A stretch of 63,981 nucleotides of DNA, filler included, from Octopus bimaculoides (lineage: Eukaryota), in NCBI RefSeq assembly GCF_001194135.2. It is 5 parts of 5 records of this genome, joined end to end, with 100 filler letters (N's around TTAATTAATTAA, not from the genome) between each part and the next. Parts side by side here need not be neighbours in the genome. Positions count along the whole stretch, not along the records: positions 18,017 to 36,495 come from NC_068997.1; positions 36,596 to 40,124 come from NC_068996.1; 3 more parts are not named here. The stretch is one strand, 5' to 3'. The stretch's first letter is position 1, and every line of letters starts with the position of its first letter. Below, one piece after another: positions 25,721-38,682 of the stretch. Under the pieces are notes generated by a model, which was given only the letters and a program-made list of their open reading frames with translations, searched no databases and was not told the origin of the DNA. The position numbers and the translations under genes were made by a program.

Positions 25721-27440
25721 ATAGCGAGAGGCGAAATACCAATTTCTTTATTGCCCACAGGGGGCCAAACATAGAATGGTACAAAACAACTGATTGGGAT
25801 CAGTAATGCGAATGGTTTACATAAATATGACTTTAAAAATTTTATAAAATATAAAAAAATCGAATGATATTAACAGTACGTTAGACAACACAAATGAAGC
25901 GATGATCAGGCCACGNNNNNNNNNNNNNNNNNNNNNNNNNNNNNNNNNNNNNNNNNNNNNNNNNNNNNNNNNNNNNNNNNNNNNNNNNNNNNNNNNNNNN
26001 NNNNNNNNNNNNNNNNNNNNNNNNNNNNNNNNNNNNNNNNNNNNNNNNNNNNNNNNNNNNNNNNNNNNNNNNNNNNNNNNNNNNNNNNNNNNNNNNNNNN
26101 NNNNNNNNNNNNNNNNNNNNNNNNNNNNNNNNNNNNNNNNNNNNNNNNNNNNNNNNNNNNNNNNNNNNNNNNNNNNNNNNNNNNNNNNNNNNNNNNNNNN
26201 NNNNNNNNNNNNNNNNNNNNNNNNNNNNNNNNNNNNNNNNNNNNNNNNNACCTCTTTCGCTATTGCTACAACCGTGAGAAAACAATTCTTACCTTCGTTT
26301 GTTAAAACTCCCCAAGCATTTCATCTGGCACGCTAACAATTCTGCCAGCTCGCTACCTTAAATAATAGTAATAATGATCCTAAAGCCTTGAAATTTTGTG
26401 GGAGAGGACTAGTCGATTACATCGACCCCAGTGTTTCACTGGTACTCAATTTATCGACCCCGAAAGAATGAAAGGCAAAGTTGGCCTTGGCAGAATCTGA
26501 AGACGGACGAAATAATTTTTTTAATGTAGGTAAAAGGCCAGGAATTTGACATGGCGGGATAGGTCAGTTACATTGACCCCAGTATATGACTGGTATTATA
26601 TTTTATCAACCTCAAATGGATGAAAGGTAACATTTTGATCTTGGCTGGATATGAGCTCAGTAGGTAGCTAACTGGAAGAAGTACCACAAAGCATTTTTCC
26701 TTGAACTCTAATGATTCTATAAGCTCGCAATAAGAATAATTATTAGTGGTCTCGCTCCCGTGCCAGTGGCACTTAAAAAGCTCCATTTGAGTGTGATTGT
26801 TTCCAGCTTTGCTTTACTGGCACTTGTGCCAGTGGCATGCGGACAAAACATTGGACTAACTCCTGTGCAGGTGGCACATAAAAAAACACCATTTGAGTGT
26901 GGCCGTTGCCAGTACCGCTGGACTGGCCCTCGTGCCGGTGGCATGTAAAAAGCACCCACTACACTCTCGGAGTGGTTGGCGTTAGGAAGGGCATCCAGCT
27001 GTAGAAACTCTGCCAGATCAGACTGGAGCCTAATGCAGCCATCTGGATCGCCAGTCCCCAGTCAAATCATCCAACCCATGCTAGCATGGAAAGCGGACGT
27101 TAAATGATAATGATGGTGATGATTATTATTTCTGTTGTTAAGTACAAGACTTGAAATTTATGGAGAGGGTGCTAATTGATTATATCAATTCCAATGCTCA
27201 GCTGGTACTTATTTCATCAACCCCAAAATGATGAAAGGCAAAGTTGACCTTGGCAGAATTTGAACTCAGAACGTAAAGGCAGATGAAATATTGCTAAGCA
27301 TTTTGTCCTGTATACTAACTATTCTGCCAGCTCACTGCCTTCTTCTTCTTCTTCTTCTTCTTCTTCTTCTTCTAACAACAACAAGAATAATAACAATGTC
27401 AACAAGGATATTATATCAGTTTTATTTTTTATTTTTGCAG

Positions 27441-27561
27441 GTGCTATGTATTACATGCATGCATTTACCAAAAATGTCCGAAGAAAACAGGAGTACAACT
27501 CATATAAAAACTGAAGCTGAAAGCACTGAAGGCGTGGAATCTCATGCATCTAGCCAAAATG
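27441..27561 (+). CDS. probable first coding exon of an unidentified gene (ATG 27474; MSEENRSTTHIKTEAESTEGVESHASSQN-G, phase-1 donor)
   Basis: Strong acceptor tttttatttttgcag|, AAAATG start context, open frame, consensus donor G|GTAAGT. Contains IKTE (SUMO-consensus-like). Downstream exons not resolved. Confidence 0.65.
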
Positions 27562-28467
27562 GTAAGTTCACATCTTATTAAATTCAATTTTACCCAGGGT
27601 TCATAATAATAATAATAATAATAATAATCATAATCCTAACAATGTTTGTTTCTCGGTGCAAAAGTAGGTTAAGCAGGTCTATAGCATAACGTTTCTCTTT
27701 GCAATTTGATCCCATGTCATTTCTTCATTTCATCTGAGATCCAAATGTTTGCAGACCTGCCCTAACTATTTCTTCCTAAGTCTTCTTTTGTCAGCATTAA
27801 CCATAAACACCTTCTCTTACCAACTTCTTACTCAGTCTTTCTCCCTTTCTCAAGGAAAAAAAAAAAAAGAAAAAAGAAAAGAAAAACAATTCTCTCAAGT
27901 TTCTAGTCTGGAAATTAGCTTCAGTTCTAGGATTGAACTGTTTGGCATTGATTGTTTTGAAAAATAGCATGAATGTCATTCAATCTCATTAGCATTTCCA
28001 CCATAAATATGAGGGTGTCACTCTGTGTGTGTGTGTGTCAGGGTGTAAGTGTGTGTATGTTTGGGGTGTAAGAGTGTGTGTATGTATGCATGTGTGTGTG
28101 TGTGAGTGAGTGAGTGTGCATATATCTCAATATATTGTGCAAGCAGGTACCCATCAAGGATCAGTTTTCAGCATAGATTTGTCCACCAGGCCATAAAAAA
28201 AATATTTAAGATGAAGTGTCTTGAATTTGTTGGTGATTTAGTCAAGAAATTCCAAGCATGGAAGTAAGACCAAGAATTGAGGGGCTTTAAATTAAACCCA
28301 ATTATGAAAAAGTTCTAGTTTGCAGGAAAGAAGACAAATTTTTTCGCATCTAGGAAGTTCATATTTTTATCACAGCCAAAAAATTGTCTCATCCCCCAGA
28401 AGATAGAAGACAGAGACAAGAGGTGGCGGTGAGAGAAAGAGGATGATAGAGAGAGGAGCACCAGAGT

Positions 28468-28807
28468 TGTTGTTGGCACTCCATCGCTTATGACGTCGAG
28501 GGTTCCAACTGATCTGATCAACGGAACAGCCTGCTCGTGAAATTAATGTGCAAGTAGTTCTCGGGGATATTCAACGTGACAAGGCTGGCCCTTTGAATTA
28601 CAGGTACAACAGAAACAGGAAGTAAGAGTGAGAGAAAGTTGTGGTGAAAGAGTACAGCAGGGTTCGCCACCATCCCCTGCCGGAGCCTCGTGGAGCTTTA
28701 GGTGTTTTCGCTCAATAAATACTCACAACGCCCAGTCTGGGAATCGAAACCGCGATCCTATGACCGCGAGTCCGCTGCCCTAACCACTGGGCCATTGCAC
28801 CTCCACT
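28468..28807 (-). mobile_element. SINE family C with 13-bp target-site duplication
   Basis: GGAGCACCAGAGT at 28455-28467 and 28808-28820. Confidence 0.92.
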
Positions 28808-30960
28808 GGAGCACCAGAGTAATAGATATAAAAGAGTAATAGAGCAAGTACAGGAAGAGACCGAGAGTGTGTAATAGATGGCTACATGATAATTGTTGGT
28901 AAGGGGATTCAATAGCAACAATGTGGATGTGTGTATTATGTACATTATATATTAACATAGGTTTCACACACATGCATATACATACACGCACGCATATAAT
29001 CATCATTGTTTTAAGTCCACTTGGACTGGATGTAAATAAGTAAATTAAGTGTGTGCAAAATATACAATAATTTATTTTAAAAAGACCAAAAAAAAAAAAG
29101 AATGCTGCTCCAATAATGGACAGAGTCAACATCCATTGATAAGGTTGCAAATGCAACAAAAATTTTGGAAGAAAATATATGAGTAATAAATGAGTGGAAA
29201 TCGAACCAGTGAGTGTGTTAGATAATAAGGCATTATGACAATATGACTCTCCCCAGACACAACATAATTTGCTTCAACACACAAATTCACATAAAGAATC
29301 TTGCAAACCTGATACAAAAATGAAGTAAAAAAAAAAACAACTATTCTTTTAGCATACAATTCATACTTGTGTGCAAGATAGCCACAACAGCTAATAGATA
29401 TATACTGAAATCACTTAATTTATCACAAAATTAATTTATAAGTAATTTAGTCACCAAGAGTTCTCAACTGAGTAGAGTCAGCAAATAATGGTTTCACACT
29501 TTGAGACATAACCAGCAGTTTTTTAAGGGGAGGGGGAAGTCAGTCACATCAACTGCCATACTTGACTGGTACTTATTTTGTCAACCCCGAAAAGATGAAA
29601 GACAAAGTTGACTTCAGCGGAATTTGAACTCATAACGTAAAGATGGACGAAATGCCACATTTGACCTGACATGCTAACGATTCTGCCAGCTCGCCACCTT
29701 AATAATAATAATCCTCAAATTTGTGAGGAGGGGACTAGTTGATTACATCACCTCCAGTGTTTCACTGGTACTTAATTTATTGACCATGAAAGGATGTTAG
29801 GCACAGTCGACCTCAGCAAAATTTGAACTTGAAACATAGCGATGGGCAAAATATTGCTAAGTATTTCGTCCAGCATGCTAACGATCCTGCCAGTTCACCA
29901 CCTTAATAATAATAATAATGATAATAATAATAATAATGGTTTCAAAATTTGACACAGGACCAGCAGTTTTTGAGTGGGGAGAAGAAGTCAGATACATCAA
30001 CCCCTGTACATGACTGGTACTTAGTTTATCAACCCCAAAAAGATAAAAGGCAAAGTTGACTCCAGTGGAATTTGAACTCAGAATGTAAAAACAGACAAAA
30101 TGTTTAGCAGCATTTAGTCTGATGTGCTAATAGTTCAGCCAGCTTGCTGCCTTAGAATCAACAAATAGTATTCAACATGTGTTGTTTCATTATCACTGAT
30201 TCAAGACTGCTTGCCTGCTTTGGAAATAAAAAAAAGGAAAAGGAAAAAGAAACCTCTTGTCCCAGTTTATGAATTCATTTATATAACAGTCCTTCTTCTT
30301 GACTTAAGAAATGTTTTTTTTAAATCTCCACAAAAGTTTTTGAGAGAACATCTACATCCTAAGTTTTTAGGCTTCCTAGACGATAACTTGTTCACCTATC
30401 AGATAAATATAAATAAATGAGTAAGCTTTTATTTATAATTTACTCCTCTCTCCCACTCACGCTTGGTATCCTGTTGATTCAGAATAATAGCTAAGTAAAT
30501 CAATTACTATATTTTAATCTATTTCATAGATTTACAATAATGATAACATGAAAATTTGGTCAACCAATTACTCAGTTAAGAGAATAGCTCTATAGCATGT
30601 AGGTAAATGACTGAGCAACCAGGTGCAATCAACAGATCCAGTGCAGCAAATATATTATGCCCCTATCATACTGCATATTCTGACTTGCAGTGATTTATCA
30701 TATGAGATTTATCATTGCTATCTAAGCAAGTTGCATTTCTGTTTCTATATGATTGCATGTTCTCATATTGGCCAAAATAAAGGTTAGCAAAATGAATTCA
30801 ATCAGAATGCATTAATTGATGCATTCTTGCATTATTTTTGTGGTGTGCAACCTAATTCAGTGCTTGCTGCTAAGAAAGTTATTGAATGCTGCAATGTTTA
30901 TGCAAGATTGAGATAATCCATGATGGATTTTAGATGACGTAGCTAAGTTTTGACAATTTT

Positions 30961-31359
30961 AGGCGCAGGAGTGGCTGTGTGGTAAGTAACTTGCTTACCA
31001 ACCACATGGCTTCAGGTTCATTCCCACTGCGTGGCACCTTGGGCAAGTGTCTTCTACTATAGCCTCGGGCCAACCAAAGCCTTGTGAGTGGATTTGGTAG
31101 ACGGAAACTGGAAGAAGCCCGTCGTATATATGTATGTGTGTTTGTATGTCTGTGTTTGTCCCCCCCCCCCAACATCGCTTGACAACTGATGCTGGTGTGT
31201 TTACGTCCCCGTAACTTAGCGGTTCGGCAAAAGAGACCGATAGAATAAGTACTAGGCTTCCAAAGAATAAGTCCTGGGGTCGATTTGCTCGACTAAAGGC
31301 GGTGCTCCAGCATGGCCGCAGTCAAATGACTGAAACAAGTAAAAGAGTAAAAGAGTAAA
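30961..31359 (+). mobile_element. SINE family A, full-length reference copy
   Basis: tRNA-like head (gtggctgtgtggtaag; ggttcattccc), body, and GTAAAAGA-repeat tail. Further copies at 31960-32230, 33050-33420, 35570-35775, 39415-39905 (-) and 56775-57021 (-). Confidence 0.92.
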
Positions 31360-33212
31360 TTATTGGCCTGAGGGTAGTCATATTTCAGGGCATCATAACC
31401 CACTCTAGTACAGAGCTGCTGTTTGCTGAGATGTGTCCACGTATCAGTGGTTTGGTATTTCTTGGAGGAATTTGTCCAGGTACCTTCTGAAATGTTATGA
31501 AGTGTTTTTTCTTCTTGAAATTTTTTTCAGAAAAACGTTGAATGAGGAAGGACCAGTTGAGGTAAAAAAGATGTGTTACAAATGACATGTGATGTGAGCT
31601 TGAATCTTGTAGGGTTTGTATGGCATGTAGGCCAAGACTTGAGAGATTTGTGAACTTAGTAACAGCATCATTTAGACAATGTTGAAGAAATATTGTAAGG
31701 TTTGTAAGTTTTATTACAGTTGTAGCCCTTGTTTAACCTGAGGACTGATCTAAGGCTAAACAACAGCAGTAAGGCTAACTGAGTAGATCAGGTGTATCTT
31801 TAATCAAAAGCCATCCAGCCATGACCACTTCACTTCTTTTCAAGAATAGTGTACCTTGGATTATGTTAATGTATTCAATGTTTCTTTTTGAAATAATTAT
31901 GATAGTGGTGAAGGATTAACTGGGGCTATTTTTAAATGTAGAATGCTCAAATTACGCATAGGCATGGCTGAGTGGTAAGAAGTTTTCTTTCAAACCACAT
32001 AGTTCCAGGTTCAGTTTAACTGTGTGGTACCTTCTACTGTAGCTTCGGGCTGACCAAAGCTTTGTGAATGAATTTGGTAGACAGAAACTGAAAGAAGCCT
32101 GTCATATGTATGTATATATGTGTATGTATATATATGTGTGTGTGTGTCTTTGTCCTCGCCGCCACTTGACAGCTGGTGTTGGTTTGTTTATGTACTCATA
32201 AACAAGCAGTTCAACAATAAAGAGACCAATAGAATAAATAAAACAAAAAAAAAATAGCATATGTAAAACCAAAATAAAAATGAAAGATAAAGGACATGCT
32301 GGAAACAAAAGTTTGTCTATTGTGGAAATAAATACATTTTATTTTCTTCCTGTTCTACATCATTGAGAAACAAGAGATTCCATTGTTTTAATAACTCTGT
32401 TATTTAATTTGATTTTACCTTCTTATTCTCTCCTACTACTACTATTACAACTAATTACTAATGTATATCTATAATACATTAAAAGTCAGCTTGAATCTTG
32501 CTTCCTTACTTGCAATGTTACCCAGCCAAACTGGTGCATAATGAGGAAATACTATAAATTAAGTTTACCCTGAAATGTTAATATGAACAGAATGAAACAA
32601 CTTTCATGTAAATCAGAGTAGTTATTGAGATATTCAGGTTTGTGGGTATAAATTCCCAAAACGGTGCATAATGGGAAAATGTTCCGAATATAACTTCATC
32701 CTGAAAGGGAAGAAACTTTACTGTTTTGATTAGATAGTGATTTAACAAAGAAAAAATACAATTTGTTTTTTTTTACAGTAAATGTTTCTATCTTAATCGT
32801 TTAGAAATATTTTTAAGTGAATGTGATTTCAAAAATGTAAGTTCTTTGTACAGTAAGTATTTATATTTTAGCTTTCTTTAAACAGACAATATTTCAATGT
32901 TTTTTTAAAATTATTTTCAAGTGAATACCATTACAAAAGGTTTTTTGGCATATTTAAAAAAATGTTTTAAAGTGAAAATGACTTTAAAAGTACGGTAAAT
33001 ATTTCATAAATTGCTAGCCTTGTACAAAAATTTGAAATAATTATTACTAAGGTGCCGGCATGGCTGTATGGTAAGAAGCTTGTTTCCCAACCATTTGGTT
33101 CCAGGTTCAGTCCTACTGTGTGGTGCCTTGGGCAAGTGTCTTCTACTATAACCTCGGGCCAACCAAAGCCTTGTGAATGGATTTGGGAGACAGAGACTGA
33201 AATAAGCTTGTC

Positions 33213-33248
<36 letters not shown>

Positions 33249-34442
33249 TTATTTATTTATTTATTTATATACATATATGTCTGTGTGTGTGTATTTGTCT
33301 TTGTGTCTGTGTTTGTCCCCACTTCACTGCTTGACAACTGGTGTGTTTACATCACCATAACTTAACAGTTTGGCAAAAGAGACCGATAAGTACCAGGATT
33401 AAAAAAAAAAGTCTTGGTAGTGGTGGTTATAGTAGTAGTAGTAGTAGTAGCAGCAGAGTTATCATTATCATTGTTACACTCAATGAAGTCAGAAAATATA
33501 ATCTTCATGGAATTCTGTTGTTCTTTTTTTACTTTTAAACTGAAAGGTTTTCATTGTTATAATAGAGAGAGAGGAGGGAGAGAGAGAGGAGGGAGAGAGG
33601 GAGTAAATGGAGAGAAAAGAAAGAGAAAGAGTATGTGTAAGTGTGTTCAGGAGCAAATATTATAAGAGAGAAGGAGATAAAGAGAGAGTGTCCATTGGCA
33701 GGGTGGGTAACCATTTTGCTAGCTATTTTAAGCTCATTTTTAATCCTACTTTAGGTATTACTTCTAAATTAAGAAATTCTTTTGCATGAGATCCCAAGCA
33801 AAAAAGAAAATATAGAGTGTGGAAAAAAGAGATAAACACTGAAAAAAGGAGTAGAATTACGGATAAAGGGGTTAATATACTCATATATATTAATTTATTC
33901 CACTCACCACCACCATCACTACCAAATATGACCAGCACAAGTCAAGTGGTTAACTTTATTGTACAGTCTGTTGGGTCAGATTTAAACAGTGCAGTGAGTC
34001 ACTGGTTTGGAAGAATGAATCCATTCAGCTTGAATTTCCTTAGATAAATGAATGAGACTGAGAGGGGAGTGAAAAGTTCTATTATGTAAAGTTAGCAACT
34101 GTATGGTTATAATGTGTATACAATCCACACATTCACACACAAACACACACAACTTCCTTTTCACCAACTATGTTTTATGATAGGGATTTTATGGTGTGGA
34201 AGTCTAATAACTGAACCAAGTAAAATAATAACACTGGCAGTTGTTAGGCTTTCCAACCAACCTTGACCATTTACTGACTTTAAAACTGGTCCTGACCATA
34301 TAAGCTTGGATGGTCCTATGGGTTCCAATTTTTAAATAGCCAACTGCTCCTCCCCAAAATGCTACAAGTTGTACAAAGCATTGTTCCTATTCACCAGAGC
34401 TATAACATATAGGTGTAAGTGAGGGACTATAGTCAGACTTAT

Positions 34443-35095
34443 ATCTATACTAGCAAATGCACCCGTCCTTTGGATGGTTTAAGTTGCTTTGGTGGTATTT
34501 TTTCACCAAATAATTCAACTACTGAGAAGGTTTATGAGTAGCACAGCAATGTAGGTTTCTGATTAACCTAGGAACGGACCAAATTGAAGGCTGGTTATTG
34601 TGGAGGTCATTACACTTTAATGATCATAAAACATGTAAGTTTGCAAGTGAAGCGAAGTAGAGCTACTGAAGTGTTTTGGGAGTAGATTATGGATAATGAC
34701 TACAAAATATAGTTGTTTTACATGAAAGTGAAATTTCTTGTGATTGTTAAAAATGGCTAGAACGACAATGCTAGAACGTATTTGAAACAATAGACACCAG
34801 TCGAAATATCATAATGGATGGATAAATATGCATCCTTAAAGTGAAACAATGCCACTGGTAGGTAAACAAAGGTATCAACAAATAGAAGAGAGGCGGGACG
34901 GGAACATCACCTTTCAAGTAACTCAGAATAGGTAAAGGTAAGCTTGCCAAAGTTTAATGCAGTTTAAATATGGAGATTAAGATTGTTTGGTATTGGATAT
35001 TCATTGCATATAGTGTTCCCGGTCAATTTAATCACTGCTGCAGGTGGACAGTCAAAATAAATAAATAGACAAAATCCTTTCACTTTTATAATATT
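34443..35095 (+). mobile_element. possible non-autonomous Helentron/DINE-1-like element
   Basis: 5' tctatactagcaaatgcacccgtcc and 3' ggacagtcaaa...cacttttataatatt resemble the ends of such elements; weak. Confidence 0.35.
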
Positions 35096-35539
35096 CTCTA
35101 ACCAAAACACTCAATACACACCAATACACGTAAAAAATATAGAAAGTAATAATACACAATTTCAGCATATAAATAAATAATAAATAAGTAAATTGTGAAA
35201 ACCACTAAAAATATTCTCTAATGCCAATATATGACCATATAGATTAAAAAAGTATGGAAGATCCTTCATACAAAAAAAACTATGTACATACAACGAATTA
35301 GAGAAAAACCTATGTAAACAACCGTTTTTCCCAGTTTGTCCATTTATGCAGGAGCTTTGGGCAAAGTGTTATAGTGCATGACCATCCTTGGGACATAAGT
35401 AATGTGTGTATGTAAAGTTTGTTGAAAATTGGTTGAGAATTGTATATTGACTAATGTATGCATTAGTCAATATGCACACACATACTGTGATTTATATATA
35501 CTATATATACTAGATATGTAATTCCTCAGGCAACAAAAA

Positions 35540-35571
<32 letters not shown>

Positions 35572-36227
35572 GCTGTGTGGTAAGAAGTTTGCTTCCCAAC
35601 CACATGGGTCTGGGTTTAGTCCTACTGTGTGGTACCTTGGGCAAGTGTCTTTGGACCAACCAAAGCCTTGGTAGACGGAAACTGAAAGAAGCCCATCATA
35701 TATGTGTGTGTGTGTGTGTTTGCCACCACTTGACAACTGGTGTTGGTATGTTTATGTCCCCATAACTTAGTGGCTTGCCTCCCGGCTTGCCAGTCGTCAG
35801 TCAAACCATCCAATCCATTCCAGCATGGAAAGCGGACATCAAACAATGATGATGATGATGATATCTTACTGGTTATAATGGCCCCAAGTATACATACAAA
35901 GAAAAATTAAAACAGGAAAATATACTTAGTAATTATATTCTTATAATCTATACTCCCTTACATGCATTTCAGTTACAATTACAAATTGAAACACATGTTG
36001 TAAGATATGTTATAAAAAAGTATTTTCAAACTAGTCTTGTCTTATTTGTGTGTGTGTGTGTGTGTGTGTGAGATCATCATAACCATCACTATTAAATTCC
36101 ATCTATGCTGGCATGAGTTGGATGACTGTGTCAAGTTCCAGTGTTTATTTTGATTTTGGTACGGTTTCTACAGGTGAATGCCCTCCCTAACACCAACTAC
36201 TTTACAGAATATACTGGATGCACACAG

Positions 36228-36267
<40 letters not shown>

Positions 36268-36595
36268 CGTATGCAACTAATTTTTGTATATCTAAACAAA
36301 TGGGTTGTAATGGCCCAGTGGTTAGAGCAGTGGACTCGCGGTCGGAGGATCGCGGTTTCGATTCCCAGACCGGGCGTTGTGTATGTTTATTGAGCGAAAA
36401 CACCTAAAGCTCCACAAGAGGCTCCGGCAGGGGTTGGTGGTGACCCCTGTTGTACTCTTTCGCCTCAACTTTCTCTCGCTCTTTCTTCCTGTTTCNNNNN
36501 NNNNNNNNNNNNNNNNNNNNNNNNNNNNNNNNNNNNNNNTTAATTAATTAANNNNNNNNNNNNNNNNNNNNNNNNNNNNNNNNNNNNNNNNNNNN

Positions 36596-36648
<53 letters not shown>

Positions 36649-36866
36649 ATAAACACGTTTCTGCCAAACAAAGTTTTAGCTATCTTGTGTATCGCTTTGT
36701 GTGCATCGTTCATTGAATTTTAAATATAAATATACGAAGGAGACATACAAATTGTCGCTCAATGTCTCACTTTTACATCCCATGCTGTTTTTCCATCTCC
36801 TCTTCCTCTCTCCCTCCCTCCCCCTTTCTCACTATCAGTTTCTCCATTTCTCACTATCTATTACTT

Positions 36867-36897
<31 letters not shown>

Positions 36898-37748
36898 CTT
36901 TCTCTTTCTCACGTTACCTGTTCCATATTCTATTATTCAACATGTTTAAACAAACGTAAGTACATTTACGAACACACATATTCGTGCACACGTAGACACG
37001 CTAACAAGGCATCCGCTTGAGGCACACCATGCACTGAACTACACATACAGATATATTCATATAAATCAACCGCACCAGCACGCGCACGTTTACACACAGA
37101 AACCTGCGGGTACTTGCACAGGTGCACATAGGCATACACTCACAAAGCACACAGGTAAAATAACTCTTACTCTAACACTAATTTCAAATTCATATATATG
37201 CTTCCCTGGATTTATATATTTATATATATATATATATATATNNNNNNNNNNNNNNNNNNNNNNNNNNNNNNNNNNNNNNNNNNNNNNNNNNNNNNNNNNN
37301 NNNNNNNNNNNNNNNNNNNNNNNNNNNNNNNNNNNNNNNNNNNNNNNNNNNNNNNNNNNNNNNNNNNNNNNNNNNNNNNNNNNNNNNNNNNNNNNNNNNN
37401 NNNNNNNNNNNNNNNNNNNNNNNNNNNNNNNNNNNNNNNNNNNNNNNNNNNNNNNNNNNNNNNNNNNNNNNNNNNNNNNNNNNNNNNNNNNNNNNNNNNN
37501 NNNNNNNNNNNNNNNNNNNNNNNNNNNNNNNNNNNNNNNNNNNNNNNNNNNNNNNNNNNNNNNNNNNNNNNNNNNNNNNNNNNNNNNNNNNNNNNNNNNN
37601 NNNNNNNNNNNNNNNNNNNNNNNNNNNNNNNNNNNNNNNNNNNNNNNNNNNNNNNNNNNNNNNNNNNNNNNNNNNNNNNNNNNNNNNNNNNNNNNNNNNN
37701 NNNNNNNNNNNNNNNNNNNNNNNNNNNNNNNNNNNNNNNNNNNNNNNN

Positions 37749-37780
<32 letters not shown>

Positions 37781-37785
<5 letters not shown>

Positions 37786-37948
37786 GAGAATATACGAAAA
37801 AACAACAACAGACGAGGACAGGTGGTGTAAATAACAAAAGTATATATTAGTATGACGCTCGGGAATACGGAAAGTCTTTGACGTTTCGAGCTACGCTCTT
37901 CAACAGAAAGAATACGGAGACAAGGAGAAAAACACAGAGAAAAAAAAA
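37781..37948 (-). mobile_element. short repeat with minimal hammerhead motif (37875-37911), inserted in (TA)n; second copy 57401-57570
   Basis: Minus strand UCUUU-CUGUUGA-A-GAGC-GUA-GCUC-GAAA-CG-UC-AAAGA; the two copies are nearly identical. Confidence 0.65.
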
Positions 37949-38045
37949 TATATATATATATATAGTATGTCCCTTATATGTCGGTCCTAGTGGGCAATAA
38001 ATGAAATAATAATAATACTAATACTAATAATAATAATAATAATAT

Positions 38046-38417
38046 TTATTATTATTATTGTGTAAAACGTCGCACAGTATCTGACATCGTGATGTTGTTG
38101 ATTGAAGATATTGTGTCTACCAGGGATTTGTACTGTTTGTCAAGTCACAAGGGTCTCAGAATTATAGTGCTTTACGCAATATGTGTGCAGTTTCAAATAA
38201 TGCCGATTTTTTGCAATACCCCTAGATTGCAGGGTATTTCTAAAGTTATCAGATGATTCTTCAGTTTGGGTGGTATTGAACCCATTGCTCCGATGACAAT
38301 AAGGACAACTTTTAGGTTTGACTCTCGTAGCTGCCACATCTTGGCGATCTCAATTCTCAGGTCTCCGTATTTATCAATTTTTATTTCCCTGCTACGTCGT
38401 TTATTGGGCACTTTCAT
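38046..38417 (-). mobile_element. 5'-truncated R4/Dong-like non-LTR retrotransposon (restriction-like endonuclease C-terminus, 3' UTR, (TAA)n tail)
   Basis: KIDKYGDLRIEIAKMW...IVIGAMGSIPPKLKNHL...QK, then frameshifted ALFETAHILRKAL*; homologous to 48742-49002. Confidence 0.8.
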
Positions 38418-38645
38418 TTGTCCCTCCTAATGGTTACACGCTTATGTATGTATATGTAAGATAGTAACACTAGGGTAAAGATATACGACTCTCAATATAT
38501 CCACCATGACTACCCGTCTGATACGGGTACACCAAGCACATGCATCACAACTATATGTGCTCGTCATGGTGATCTCATATCAAGTCATGCTTCAAGAACT
38601 CTGCAAAGAACTCTTGTAGTTCCAAGCAATGGTAATTTTTTTTGC

Positions 38646-38682
<37 letters not shown>

